Assembly: GCF_036321535.1 (NCBI RefSeq)
Contig: NC_087447.1
Span: forward strand, 48,982,001 to 49,046,000
DNA: 64,000 bases
DNA from: Camelus dromedarius
Taxonomy: Eukaryota
Reading direction: 5' to 3'
Numbering within the stretch: position 1 is the stretch's first letter; each line of letters opens with the position of its first letter. Position numbers and translations under genes: made by a program. This document shows, one piece after another, positions 28,003 to 41,693 of this stretch. The notes beneath the pieces are model-generated. The model was not told the origin of the DNA, did no database searches, and saw only the letters and a list, made by a program, of their open reading frames with translations.

Positions 28003-28182
28003 GTCCAGAATAAGCAAATATGTAGACAGAAAGTAGATCAGTGGTTGCTTAGAGGAGAAGGTGAAGGAGGAGAAGGGTATGAAGTTTCTTTATGAGGTGA
28101 TGGAAATGTTCTAAAATTGTGATGGTTAAATAACTGCAAATATACTAAAAACCATTAAATTGTACACTTTAAGAAAAAAGAA
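28003..28182 (+). mobile_element. Old L1 3' end fragment
   Basis: gacagaaagtagatcagtggttgc...gaaatgttctaaaatt...attgtacactttaa. Confidence 0.75.
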
Positions 28183-29344
28183 AGAGTGCTGGTGTACATA
28201 TGGAAGGGAATCCAGTCATAAATCAACAAGGGAGGGGTTGTAACAAAGTCTTACCCATTTCTGGGTGCATGGCAGCTAGAGCTAGGCCTACGGAAGCTGC
28301 TGTTTTCACTCAAGTATGTGGGAGTGGGGCTCACACACCCAGGCTAGGGGCGGGGAGGTGGGTCCTCTCCAGCCTTTAGCTTCTTGGTGGGACTGAGCTC
28401 TGCAAGACCTGAGTCTGATTAAGAAACTAATGTGCTATGGGTATGTAAGAGGCAGAGAGAGTGATGAGTGAGCAGTTAAGAACATGAGCTGTCTAATGTT
28501 TTATATCATGTATTAACATTTGAAATCTCTTTACACAGTGTTTTATAAGCATTAAATCTTCTAGCTTTCCAGCTGCATGTTTATACTGGCTGCTCCTCCT
28601 TTTCTTTGTTTGTAAGACAGATTCATTGTGGTTGTGGGTATTTTTAGCTTAACTAGATATCCCAGAAACCATCTGGTCTCTTGGCAGTGGAAGTCTGAAG
28701 CTAGTTGCCTTTCAGACAATGCTGCTTTCTCTTGTTTATGACTTCAGTATGTGTTTTGAATAGAGAACTTCCCTGGACATGCTGGGTCTGTTCTTTGGCA
28801 AAGTAGAATGTAAGATCAGTATGCTGTGGTAGAAAGAGCACAGATCTTAGAATCTTGGAGATACAGGTTTAAACCTTGGCTCAGCTGTGTGACCTGGAAA
28901 AATCACTTCCCTTTGTAAATTGAGGATGCTCTACTTACAGTGTGTCTATATGGATTAAATGAAATACAATATATTTAAAACACTTACACAATGCCTGACA
29001 GATAGTAAATTCCTAATGAATGTTTAAGTTTTCTTTCCTTAAAGGGGAGATAGGCATTTCTGTATTTTTATTAATTTAGAAGAAATTCATCGAATATATC
29101 CCTGTGTCAGGCACTGTGTTAGGGTTTGGGAATTCAGAAATAGGTGTGTACAAAGGTAGGAGGAGTAGTTACTTGCCCTATTTTTTAGCAAAAGATTATT
29201 TGAACTCTTAAATCTTAACATTATCAAGTTCACTGTTCTTGACTATTCTCAGCCAGCATTTTGAAGCCTCTTAATCTAACCAAATGCTACAGTAATATCT
29301 GTATATTATGTTTATGGTTTACATGGTATTTCCACATTTGTGAT

Positions 29345-31235
29345 TTTTGTGGTTCTTCATGTGACAGTAACATAAAGGGGGGTAGAATTATATTGGAACA
29401 AAGTTTATGTGTGGTATTGAAATTGAGTTGGTATTAATTTGAAATAGATTGTTGTATTGTATTTTGTTTATTTTGGAGGTAATTAGGTTTATTTATTTAC
29501 TTATTTTAGTGGAGGTACTGGGGATTGAACCCAGGATCTTATGTATGCTAAGCATGAGCTCTACCACTGAGCTATACTCCTCCCCTTGAAGAGTAATTGT
29601 AAACTAAGAAAGTAACTAAAACATATAAAGAAATAAGAAGGAAGTCAAAATGGTACACTAGGAGATATTTAACACAAATGAAGGCATTAATGGAGGTATT
29701 GTGCAACAAAAAAGGTATAAGACACATAGAACAGAAATAGAAAAATGCAGTTCTTCCTTATCAGTAATTACATTCAATGTAAATGAACTAAACTCTCCAG
29801 TTAAAAGGCAGAGATGGCAGAATGGCCAAGTATTTGCTGAGACTCACTTTCAATCCAGAGACAGAAATAGGTTGAAAGTGAAAGATGCAGTGACTGAAAG
29901 AACTTGAGTAGCTATTATAATATCAGACAATGTAGACTTTACAACAAAAATTATTACAGGATACAAAGAGGATTATTTTATAATGATAAAAAGGCCAGTC
30001 CACTAAGAAGATATAACAACTACTAACACATGTACAACTAAGAATGGACCCATAAAATATGAAGCAAAAACTGTAGAATTGAAAGTAGTAGTAGACATTT
30101 TAAAATTAATAGTTGAAGACACTAACACTCACTTTCAATGATAGGTAGAATATACAGGTGAAAGGAAAACAAAGGATATAGAAGACTTGAACAATACTCT
30201 GTACCAACTAGACCTACCATATATAGAGCACTCTATTCAACAACAGCAGAACACATATTCTTGCACATAGTCCATTCTTCAGAATAGACCATGTGATAGA
30301 CCCTAAAACAACTCTAAATAAATTTAAATATATTGGAGTAATACATCTTTTTTTTTTTGGACCACAGTGGACTGAAGCTAGAAATCAGTAACAGAGGGAA
30401 ACTGGAAAATTCACAAACACACAGAAATTAAACAACACATTCTTTAAAAAAAAAAAAAGAGTCAACAAAGAAACCATAAAAGAAATGAAAAGTTCTTTGA
30501 GAAGAACGTGAAAATGAAAACCCACATACCAAAACTTATTGGATGCAGTAAAAGCAGTGGTTAGAGGGAAATTGGTGGCTGTAAAAGCCTACACTAAAAA
30601 AGAAAAATCCCAAATAATTCAATCTTTTACTTTAAGGATCCAGAAAAGGAAGACTAAACTAAACTTACATCAAGCAGAAGGAAGGAAATAATAAAGATTA
30701 TACTGATGACAAATGAAATAGAGAACAGAAAAACAGTGGAGAGAATCTTGAAAAGATCAACAAAATTACAAATCTTTAGCCAGACTGACTAAAAGAAGAG
30801 GGAGAACACTCAAATTACTAAAATCAGGAAAGAAAGTGGGGACATTACTACTTACCTTATAGAAATACAAAGGATTATAAAAGAATACTATGAACACTTT
30901 TATGCCAACAGATTAGATAACATGGATGAAATAGATGTATTCCTAGAAATAAACAAAGTACCTAACTGACTCAAGAAGAAACAGAAAATCTGAATAGACC
31001 TGTAAGAAGTGAAAAGGTTGAACCAGTAATCAAAAAACATCTGACAAAGAAAAGCCCAGGACCGGATGGCTTCACTTGTGCTTCTACCAAAAATTTAAAG
31101 AAGAATCAAGATGACTCAAAGTTTAGAAGATTGAACACTTCCCAACTTATTCATCCCTTGAGGCCAGTATTACCCTGATATCACAGCCAGATGCAGACAT
31201 CACAAGAAAACTACAGACCAGCATCCTTTATGAAG
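29345..31235 (+). mobile_element. Old LINE-1 (inter-ORF and ORF2 endonuclease region), left part of the host element
   Basis: Degenerate ORF2 start (SVITFNVNELNSPVKRQR) and downstream EN/Z-region motifs. Confidence 0.85.
29470..29585 (-). mobile_element. tRNA-Ala-derived SINE (camelid vic-1-like)
   Basis: Reverse complement reads ggggaggagtatagctcagtggtagagc...cttagcat...gggttcaatccccagtacctcc followed by an AT-rich tail. Confidence 0.88.
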
Positions 31236-32609
31236 CAAAACAACAAGAAGTCTTCATGCATTAGAGAGGGTAAGAGGAATACTTTGGCTTAACCTATCAC
31301 CCATCCTCCAAGGTGGCACAGCTCAGGGCCAAAAGAAATTTTCCTGGCCCATGATTGTTCTTGTGGGGGAAAGTAAGAGTGTGTGGTGAACACCTGGCTC
31401 CTCCAGCTGTGCAAGACACTGCCAAAGAAGCCCATTTCTCTCCTACCTCAACCAGAGTACTGACTCATTAGCTACATGACTAAGGGGAAGGAAGAGGCTG
31501 GGAGAGTAGCAGATAGGACTCTCAGAGGGCATTAAAGAGATGAGATCTTACTAGGTACATTATAGACTCTATCAAGAAGCCCGCCCACAAGCCACTGGTC
31601 ACACCTTACTCATGGATCCTCCCAGCTGGCCCATGGGCACTCCCGTCACTCCACATACCTTCCTCACACATGCTGATACCCTGTGGCTGGCTCTCTGTGC
31701 ATGCTTCCAGTGACAGCAGGGTTTGGCAGATGGTCAGTTAAGCATGTGTAGAAAGCTAGCCAGAATCTGTGGGCAAGGGAGAGACCACAAACTAGAGCTT
31801 TAGTGCCACCCTTAGGAAAGTTAAAAGGGAGGCTGTCAGCCCTTGGCCTGGTGTGTTGCAGGATCAAGAGAAGGCATACAAGCTTAGGAGTTGTGCCACA
31901 AGAGGGAGCAAGAGGTGAGGAACTGGTGTAGAATGTCTGAGAAACCCTGAGAAACTACCAGGGCTAATGGAAGGTATTTATCTCCTGAAGGCAGTTAGTA
32001 AAGATTGGTTAAGAAAGATTTGCTACTTCAGATACAAGAACAGCAATGCAAAACTTCAGAGAATGTAAAAAATCAAGGAAACATGATGGCATCAAGGGAT
32101 CACAATCTTCCAGAAGTGGATCTCAAAGACATGGAGGTCTGTGACTTATCCAATAAAGACTTAAAAATAGCTGTTTTAAGGAAGCTCAGTGAGCTATAAG
32201 AAAACATAGACAAATCAATGGAATTAGGAAAACGGTACGTGGGAAAAAAAAGTTTAACAAAGAGACAGATCATAAAAGAAATAATCAAACAGAAATTCTG
32301 GAGTAGAAGAATACAGTGAATCAAAAGAAAAATGCAGTTGAGAGCACCACTACAGAATGGATCAAGCAGAAGAAAGGAGACTGAAAAAGAATGTAGAAAG
32401 CTTACATGATCTATGGGATACCAGTAAAAGAAACAGTGTGTGAATTATTGGAGTTCCAGAAGGAAAAGAGGGAGAGAGAGATGGGGGCAAAAAGCTTATT
32501 TAAAGTAATAAGAGCTGAGAACTCCCCAAATCTGGGAAGAGGTTTGGATATCTAAGTTTGTGAAGCTCATAGGTCATCAAACTCAACTTTGAGATCTTCT
32601 CCAAAACAC

Positions 32610-33134
32610 TGTATGATCAGGCCACCCAACATGGCTGTTCCCTTGCTCTTTGTACATCCTCTGCTTGACCAGTCCCTGCGTCACCTGCATCCTACTCACA
32701 TGACTTCCCTTCCCTCTTAATCATATAATATAATCAGTAAATGCCTACATATTTGCCCTTTGCCTGCACCCCTCACCCCCGGCAGTGATTGTTCTAATCT
32801 TTAGATTAGAACATTTCCACCATGATAGTTTATCAAAGGGGCAGTGAGGGACATGCTCTTCTGCTGGTTTCCCTGGTAACCAATGAGCCAACTTGACATC
32901 AGTTCCCCCTGTAACTGGCAATCTTCCTTTCCCCCTGCTCTTGTAGTCTGTTGCCATGTCCTGCCTGCCATCTGCTGCACACAGTGGGGTGTTGCTCCAG
33001 GACCTTGCTTCAGACATATAAGATCCCCCTATCCATTAAACCATTGATGTCTCTGTCACTGACTCTGGGCTTTTCTTCAGTCTTGAGGCTGGGCAAGTTA
33101 CAGGGCTTGCAGGCCTGCAGAGTGCAGCCCAACA
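32610..33134 (+). mobile_element. Endogenous retrovirus solo LTR inserted in L1 ORF1
   Basis: TG...CA ends, 525 bp, ATTAAA at ~33035. 5-bp TSD aacac/gacac (1 mismatch). Removing it rejoins the L1 ORF1 sequence ctcca-gacacattataa. Confidence 0.88.
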
Positions 33135-34691
33135 GACACATTATAATAGAACTGTCAAATACTGAAGACAAAGTGAGAATCTTAAAAGCAGCAAGGGAAA
33201 AGAGGCTTATAACTGAAGGGAACTTCTATAACACTATCAGTGGAATTCTCAGCAGAAACATTACAGGCCAAGGGAGTGGGATGATACATTTAAAGCACTG
33301 AAAGAAAAATCCTGCAACCAAGAATACTCTATCCAATAAAGTTGTCCTTCAGATATGAAGGAGAGATGAAGACTTTCCCAGACAAACAAGCTGAGGGAGT
33401 TCATCACCACTAGACCTATCTTATAAGAAATGCTGAAAGGAGTTTTTCAAGCTGAAACAAAATGATACATGAAAATATACAACACCACACTGGTAAAGGT
33501 AAGTATATGGTCATATTAAGAATACTCTAATAATGTAACATGGTGGTGTGTTAACCACTTAACTCTAGTAGAAATGTTAAAAGGACAAGAGTATTAAAAA
33601 TAACTATGGCTAAACTAGTTTGTTAATAAATACACAATATAAAAAGATATCAAGTGTTTTGTGTCAGAATGTTTTGTGACATCAAAAGCAAAATGGAGGG
33701 GACTAAAAGGGTAAAGTTTTGTATGCAATCAAAGTTGTTATTAAACATGAAATTGACTGTTGTATCTATAAGATGTTTTATGAAAGCCTCATGATAACCA
33801 CAAAGCAAAAACCTATAGTGGATTCACAAAAAATAGAAAGTAGGGAATGAAAGCATACCTCTACAGAAAATCACCAATTCACAAGGGAGGGATAAAGGAA
33901 CAAGAAAACAATAAGACAGCCAGAAAACAATGACTAAGATGGCATTAGTAAATCCCTACCTAGCAATGACTCTAAATGTAAAAAATGGAATAAATTCTCC
34001 AGTCAAAAGGCAGAGTGGCTAGGTGGATAAAAAAACAAAAACAAAAACAAAGCCCAACTATCTGCTGCCTACAAGAGACTCATTTCAGCTTTACAGACAC
34101 ATATAAGCCTCAAAGTGAAGGGGTGAGAAAAGATATTCCATGCAAATGAGAGCCAGAGTGGGAAAGAGAATAGGAGTAGCTATTCTTATATAGAGAAGAC
34201 TTAAAGCCAAAATGGTAACAACAATGAAGGACACTATATAACGATAAAGGGATCAATTCCTCAAGAAGATAAAATAATCATATATGAACCCAACACTGGA
34301 GCACATAAATATATTAAGTAATTACTAACAGATCTGAAGGGAGAAATAGACAACAATACAATAATAGTAAAGGACTCCAGCACCCTGCTTTCCACAATGG
34401 GTTAATCATCCAGACAGGTAATACATAAGGAAATGTTGGAACTGAACTATACTTTAGACCAAATGGGACAAATAGACGTATACAGAACATTCAATCCAAC
34501 AAGAGTAGAATATACATTCTTTTCAACTGCATATGGAACATTCTCTAAGATAGATCATACAGGTTACAAAACAAGTCTTAGCAAATTTAAGGAGATTGAA
34601 ATCATACTAAGTATCTTTTCTGACTAAATTGGATGAAACCAGAAACGAATTACAGCGGTAAAACTGGAAAATTCATAAATATAGGAGAATT

Positions 34692-34800
34692 GGGGGAGAG
34701 GGTATAGGTCAGTGGTAAGAGTGTGTGCTTAGCAAGCACAAGGTCCTGGGTTCAATCCCAGGTACCTCTGTTAAAACAAACCAACCAACCTAATCCTCCT
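34692..34800 (+). mobile_element. tRNA-Ala-derived SINE (vic-1-like), nested in L1
   Basis: gagggtataggtcagtggtaagagtgtgtgcttagcaagcacaaggtcctgggttcaatcccaggtacctc. Confidence 0.88.
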
Positions 34801-34839
34801 GAACAACCAATTAGTCAAAGAAGAAATCAAAGGGGAAAT

Positions 34840-35564
34840 TGAATGTAGTTTGGTGCAGCCATTATGGAAAACAGTATGTAAATTCCTCAAAAAACTAAAA
34901 ACAGACTTACCGTATGGTCCAGCAATCCCACTCCTGGGCAGATATCCAGAGGGAACTCTAATTCAAAAAGAAACATGCACCCCAGTGTTCATAGCAGCAC
35001 TATATACAACAGCCAAGACATAGGAGCAACCTAAAAGTCCATCGACAGATGACTGGATAAAGAAGTTGTGGTATATTTATACAATGGAATGCTGCTCAGT
35101 GATTAAAAAAATGAATAACGTCATTTGCAGCAAAATGGACTGACCTGGAGATCATCATTCTAAGTGAAGTAAGCCAGGAAGACAAAGAAAAATACCATAT
35201 GATATCACTCATATGTGGAATCTAAAAAGAAAAAAGAGGACACTAAAGAACTCACCTACGAAAGACACAGACTTGCAGACATAGTAAACAATCTTATGGT
35301 TACCAGGGAAAGGGGGTGGGAAGGGATAAATTTGGGAGTTTGAGATTTGCAAAAGTTAACCACTATATATAAAAATAGATTAAAAACAAATTTCTTCTGT
35401 ATAGCACAGGGAACTATATTCAATATATTGTAATAATCTTTAATGAAAATGAATATGTGTGTGTGTGTATATATATATATATATCATGACTGGGACATTA
35501 TGCTGTATACCAGAAACTGACACACTGTACCTGACTATACTTCAGTTTAAAAAAAAAAAAAAAA
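34840..35564 (+). mobile_element. 5'-truncated LINE-1 3' end nested in ORF2 of the larger L1
   Basis: Starts gaatgtagtttggtgcagcc and ends in a poly(A) at 35549-35564. Confidence 0.9.
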
Positions 35565-38500
35565 GAGGGAAGTACATAGCAATAAACACATATTAAAAAA
35601 GCAAGATCTCAAATAAACAACCTAATCTTACACTTCCCAAGGAACTAGAGAAAGAAAAGCAAACTAAGCCCAAGGCGGCAGAAGGAAGGAAGTAACAAGT
35701 AACAATAGAAAAGGTTAATGAAACAAAGAACTGGTTTTTTTTAAAACGTAAAACTGACAAACTTTGAGCTAGGTTAACTAAGGAAAAAGACTCAAAAGAC
35801 TCAAAAATGCAAGAGGAAACATTACAGCTGATACCAAGGAAGTAAAAAGGATCATAAAAGACTACGATGAACAGTTATACACCAACAAATTGGATAACCT
35901 GGAAGAAATGGATAAGTTCGTAGAAACATACAACCTACTAAGATTGAATCATGAAGAAACAGAAAATCTGAACAGACCAATAGAGTAATGAAATTGAATC
36001 AGTAAAAAACTACTTCATAACAAAGAAAAGCCCAGGACCAGATGGTTTCCCTGGTGAATTCTACCAAACATTTAGTGAAGAATTAATGCTAATCCTTTTC
36101 AAACTCTTTCAAAAAATTGTAGGAGAGGAAACACTCCTAAACTCATTTTACAAGTTCAGCATTACCCTGATACCAAAGCCAGATAAAGACACAAGAAAAC
36201 CACAGGTCACTATCTCTGATGAACATAGATGCAGATATTCCAAACAAAATATTAGCAAACTGAATTCAACAGCACATTAAAAGGATCATACACCATGATC
36301 AAGTGGTATTTATCCTGAGGATGCAAGGATGGTCCAACATAGCCAAATCAGTAAATACGATATACCACATTAATAGAGTGAAAAATGAAAATTATAAAAT
36401 CATCTCAATATACACAGAAAAAGTGTTTGACAAAATACAACATCCTTTCATGATAAAAACTCTAAACAAATTGAGTATAGAAGGCACATACTAATAAAGG
36501 CCATATATGACAAGCCCACAGCTAACATGATACTCAACAGTATAAAGTTGAGAGATTTTCCTCTCAGATCAGGAACAAGACAAGGGTGCCTGTTCTCACC
36601 ACTCTATTCAGCATAATCCTAGAAGTCCTAGCCAGAACAATCAAGCAAGAAAAATAAATAAAAGGCATCCAGATTGGAAAGAAAGAAGTAAAACTTTCCT
36701 TGTTTGCAGATATCATCTTATACATAGAAAATCCTAGACTCCACCAAAAAACTATTAGAACTAATCAACTAATTCAGTACTGTTGCATGATATAAAGTTA
36801 ATGTATAAAAATAAGTTATATATCTATACATTCACAATAAAATATCTGCAAAAGAAGGGAAAAAAATAACCCATTCCTAACAGCATCAAAACAAAATAGG
36901 AATAAATTTAACCAAGGTTGTGAAAGATCTGTACACTGAAAACAAAATCCTTTGATTAAACTGAAAGAGACACAGATAAGTGGGAAGATATCCTATGTTT
37001 ATGAATCAAGGAATTAATATTAAAAAATCAATACTACCCAGAGCCATCTATAGACTCAGTGCAATTCTTATCAAAATGCCAATGGTATTTTTTCACAGAA
37101 ATAGCAAAAACCTAAAAATCCTAAAATTTGTTTGGAACACTAAATAGCCAAACCAATCCTGAGAAAGAAGAACAGAATTGGAAGCATCACACTTTGTAAC
37201 TTCAAACTTTACTACAAAGCTATAATAATTGAAACTGTGATATTGGCATAAAAATAAACACATGGACCAATGAAACAGAATCTAGAGCCCAGAAATAAAC
37301 CCATGCATACACAGTCGACTAATACAAGACAAGGGAGCCAAAATGCTCAATGAAGAAATGATTCTCTTTAATAATGGTGTTGGGAAAACTAGATAAGCAC
37401 ATGCAAAAGAATGAAATTGGCCTCCTATTTTATATCACTCACAAAAATTAATTTGAAATAGAATTAAGACTTAATCATTAACACCTGAAAGGCTTAAAAC
37501 TCCTAGAAGAAAACATTGGGGTAAAGCTCCTTAACATTGGTAACAACTGGCAATAATTTTTTGGAGATGACACTAAAAGCATAAGCAACAAAAACAAAAA
37601 TAAATGGGAGTACATCAAATTAAAAAGCTTCTGCACAGCAAAAGAAACAATAAAATGAAAAGGCAACCTATGGGATAGGAGAAAATATCTGCAAATCATG
37701 CATTTGATATCCAAAATATATAAGGAACTCATACAATTTAAAAGCAGTAAGTCCAACAATCCAGTCAAAAATCAGCACGGGAACTGAACATTTTTCCAAA
37801 GAAGGTGTACAGATGGGCAACAGGTATGTGAAAAGTTGCTAACATCACTAATTACCAGTGAAATGCAAATCAAAACCATGAGTTATCACCTCGCACCTGT
37901 TAGAATGGCTATCCTCGAGAATATGAGAGATAACAAGTGTTGGCAAGGATGTGGAGAAAGGGAACCTTTGTGCACTGTTGGTAGGAGTGTGAACTGGTAG
38001 CCACTATGGAAAATAGTATGGAGATTCCTCAAAAAACTGAAACTAGAACTACCATATGATCCAGCAATCCCACTTCTGGCTGTATAGCCAAAGAAATGAA
38101 ATCAGGATCTGAGAGAGATAACTTCCACTCTCACGTTCATTGCAACATTATTCACAATAGCTAAGGCACAGAAACAGTCTTTAAGTGTCCATCCATTGTC
38201 CATTCATGGATGAATGGATAAATAAAATACGATGTGATATTATATATATTATTATTATTCAGCCACAAGAAGGAAGAAAATCCTGCCACTTGCGATACAA
38301 TGGATGGACCTTGAGGGCATTATGCTAAGTGAAATAAGTCAGAGAGAAAGACAAATACTGAATATCACTTATATGTGGAATCTTAAAAATCCAAACTCAT
38401 AAAAACAGAGTATAATGGCATTTGCCAGAGAGTGGGGGAAAGGGAGAGATGTTGGTTACAGGGTACAAACGTCCAGTTATAAGTTGAAGTACGTTCTGGG

Positions 38501-38752
38501 CATCTAATGTACAACATGGTGATTAACAATTCTGTATTATTATATATTTGAAAGTTGCTAAGAGAGTAGGTCTTAAATTTTCTCACGACAAAAAATAAAT
38601 GGTAATTACGTGAGGTGATGGAGGTATTAACTAACCCTACCATGGAATCATTTTACAATATATAAGTGTATCAAATCAGCATACTGTGCACTCTAAACTT
38701 ACACAATACTATATGTCAAATATATCTCATTAAAACTGGGAAAAAAAGAAAA

Positions 38753-39662
38753 AGCATCCAGATTGCAAACGAAGAGGTATTCTTCCTTTCACGTCTCTAC
38801 TCACGAATGATATATTATTCGTAGGAGATCCTAAGGAATTCATGAAAAAACTATTAGAGCTAATTAACAAATTTAGCAAAGTTGCAGAACAAGATCACCA
38901 CATAAAAATCAGTTGCATTTCTATATACTAGGAGTGAACAATGTGAAAATGTAATTAGGAAAGCAATTCCATTTACAGTAGCATCAAAAAAAAGAAAAAA
39001 GAATAGTTATGAATAAATTTAACCAAAGAAGTGCAAATCATGTACGCCGAAAACTACAAAACATGGTTGAAAGAAATTAAGGAAGACCTAAATAAAGGAA
39101 AATATTTTCTGTGCTCATGGATTAGAAGACTTAATGTTGTTAATATGGCAGTATTCTCCAATTAGTTTTTTATAGATTGACTGCAATACCTATTAAAGTT
39201 CCAGTCCCCCTCCTTTTTTTTTTTTCCAGAAATGAATAAGCTGACACTGAAATTCACATATAGAATTGCAGAGGATCCCAAGTAGCTAAAACAATCTTGA
39301 AAAAGAACAAAGGTGGAGGAGTCACACTTCCTGATTTCAAAACTTAGGTCCTGCAAAGCTACAGAAATCAAGTGTGTGGTTCTGAAATAAAGATAGATAT
39401 ATCAATCCGTGGGATAGAATCAAGAGTTCAGAAGTAAAGCCATACATCTATGGTCAGTTGATTTTTAGTAATGGTGCTGAGACCATTCAATGGATAGGAA
39501 AGAAGTCTCTTCACATATGGTGCTGAGACACCTGGGTATCTACACGCCAAAGAATGAAGTTATACCCCAACTTGACATCATATACAAAAATTAAGTCAAA
39601 CTGGTTCAGATATCTAAATGTAAGATACAAAACTATGAAACTCTTAAAAGAAAACACTTGGA
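38753..39662 (+). mobile_element. Old LINE-1 ORF2 (RT/C-terminal part), right part of the host element
   Basis: gcatccagattgcaaac... continuing ORF2 motifs to aaaagaaaacact. Confidence 0.85.
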
Positions 39663-41693
39663 GAGTTTAGTTGTATAATTACTGCTATTATAGCTCTTTT
39701 GTGGTATGTTGTGGTAGACTTCAGTGGCTGGATGCATCTATGGGTCAGAATTATCTTTTCATCAACCTGTCTTAAGTGCTTTGCACAGAATTGGTGCTTA
39801 GGAAAGTCTGCTGACCAAATGAATGGAAGAGACAATGACAGTTTCTGCCATACTGAAGTTTACCAAAAAGATTTTAGATTATTACAAACTACTTTAGGTG
39901 CCGTCGGTGTGTGCTTGAGTGCTGCAAGTGTGAATTCCCTCTCTGGGCCTTTTCTTTCACCAAAACAGAATTTAGAGGCCATGTAAAGAGGTTCTCCTCA
40001 GCAATAGGTAGCTGTCATTTGTACATCTGATAACTTGGGCATATAGCCAAAAGTGTCTTTAAATTTGACTCTGTTACTGCTGACAAAATGGATGTATAGC
40101 CTGTTTTTTATAAAAATTATATTAAGCTAGTTTTTAATTTTGGAATGTCTGGACCCTAAAGTATGAATCCAGACTCAAACACCTCTAATGACAGGAAGCT
40201 CAATACTTCTCAAAGCAAGTATCAGTGAACTGCTCTTACTATTGAATGTCACAAAGTTCTTTTTTATATTGATCAGAAAATCTTTTCCTCTAAGTGTGTA
40301 CTTGATTCTCCAGTGGAATCATGTGAAACAATAATGAAATAATAATGCTCTCTTTCAGCTCTATAACCATTTTCTTGACCCAAAGTAAATGTTATTCTTC
40401 CCAGCATTTTAATCTGCTATCCAGTTTACTTCTGGGTGGCTTGTACACCACTGACAGTTTGTGTGAGTTCTGGGAAGGCAAGTGAATTTCAATACATTCA
40501 AGTAAAATACAAACCAAGCTGACTTCTACGCAGCTGCCTTTATAGGGTGATGTTGAAGTCTTCTACGTGCCCCAAAATATATCTCCCACCAGATAATACA
40601 ACTCTCACATTTTTTGTTTTTGGTTCAGTGTTCAATTTTGGTAAAGTACAGACATATGATGCAGGTTGGCCGTCACTTTCTCCTATTAATACCATAGCAT
40701 AGATTAGTTCATCAGATTGGAGCCGTCCAGCACGGTGACGTGGCCATGAGACATAGATGAGAGGGGTCTGAATGGGAGGGAAGACCAGAAGTGCTGGAAC
40801 AGAAGCCACTGTGGGTAGGCTAGGCTTTCACTAGAGATGAAGGAGGGGAGAGGCACGCTGGGCGTGTATCTTACTACCTCCCTTATAATTTTCTCTGAAC
40901 TAATCTGGCATAGTAAAACTTTACATCTTTTGCTCAGAAGAGAGATATCATTCCATTCTAAACAGAAATAGAATCACTTAAGGAAATAAATTTCTACATC
41001 TGCATGGCTACATGTTCACCTTGTCTTCTGGCAAATCCTCATTTATCCTTCAAAGTACATATGCTACAGGAAGTTTTTCCAACCCTGTTCTCACTCCATC
41101 CCAGGTAATTAATAACTCTTTTATTGCCATTCTGTCTCTTAGGTATAATTTTTTGTTGTGTCATTTCACTGTATGGTATTGAATTCTTTGCCTCATTGGA
41201 CTCTGATTCCTTGAAGACCTAGACTGTATCTCATTCTTTTCTGTATTTCCAGTGCCCAGATAGTGCTCATCAGTGACTGGCATATAGTAAGTGTATGATA
41301 AATGCTTGCTGAATAAAGTTGTATCATAGATAAAGTATCTGTTGGTTTTTGGTTTGCAGTATAAAGTTATAAGCTAATGCATGCATCAGACAACAAAATC
41401 ATGTGTTCTTGAAATCTCTTTAATCATGAGGAGGTAGGCCTTTGGAAGCTCAAATTAATTGATTAAGGGGGAGGCTGCATTTAATTTTGACTCCCTACAC
41501 AGGAATCTAGTGTACTGCTATGCATTTTGTAAGTACTTAAATATTTGTTTCATGGCTGATTTAGATTGAGGATAAGTTTGGGCCTAATAAAAGGAAAAAA
41601 AATGTGTTGTTTGTAAAGGTGATTTAAAACTGTATCTACCTTATTAAGGAAGGTGAAGTGTCTCTCTGAGCATGAGCAAAATAGCCACTGGTT

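Larger units (their letters stand above)
31240..38752 (+). mobile_element. Near full-length degenerate LINE-1 (5'UTR, ORF1, ORF2, 3'UTR) carrying nested LTR, SINE and L1 insertions
   Basis: ORF1-like peptides 32005..32199 and ~33135-33470. ORF2 peptides 34433..34627, 36086..36280 and 36303..36494. 3' tail aaaactgggaaaaaaag. Confidence 0.9.
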
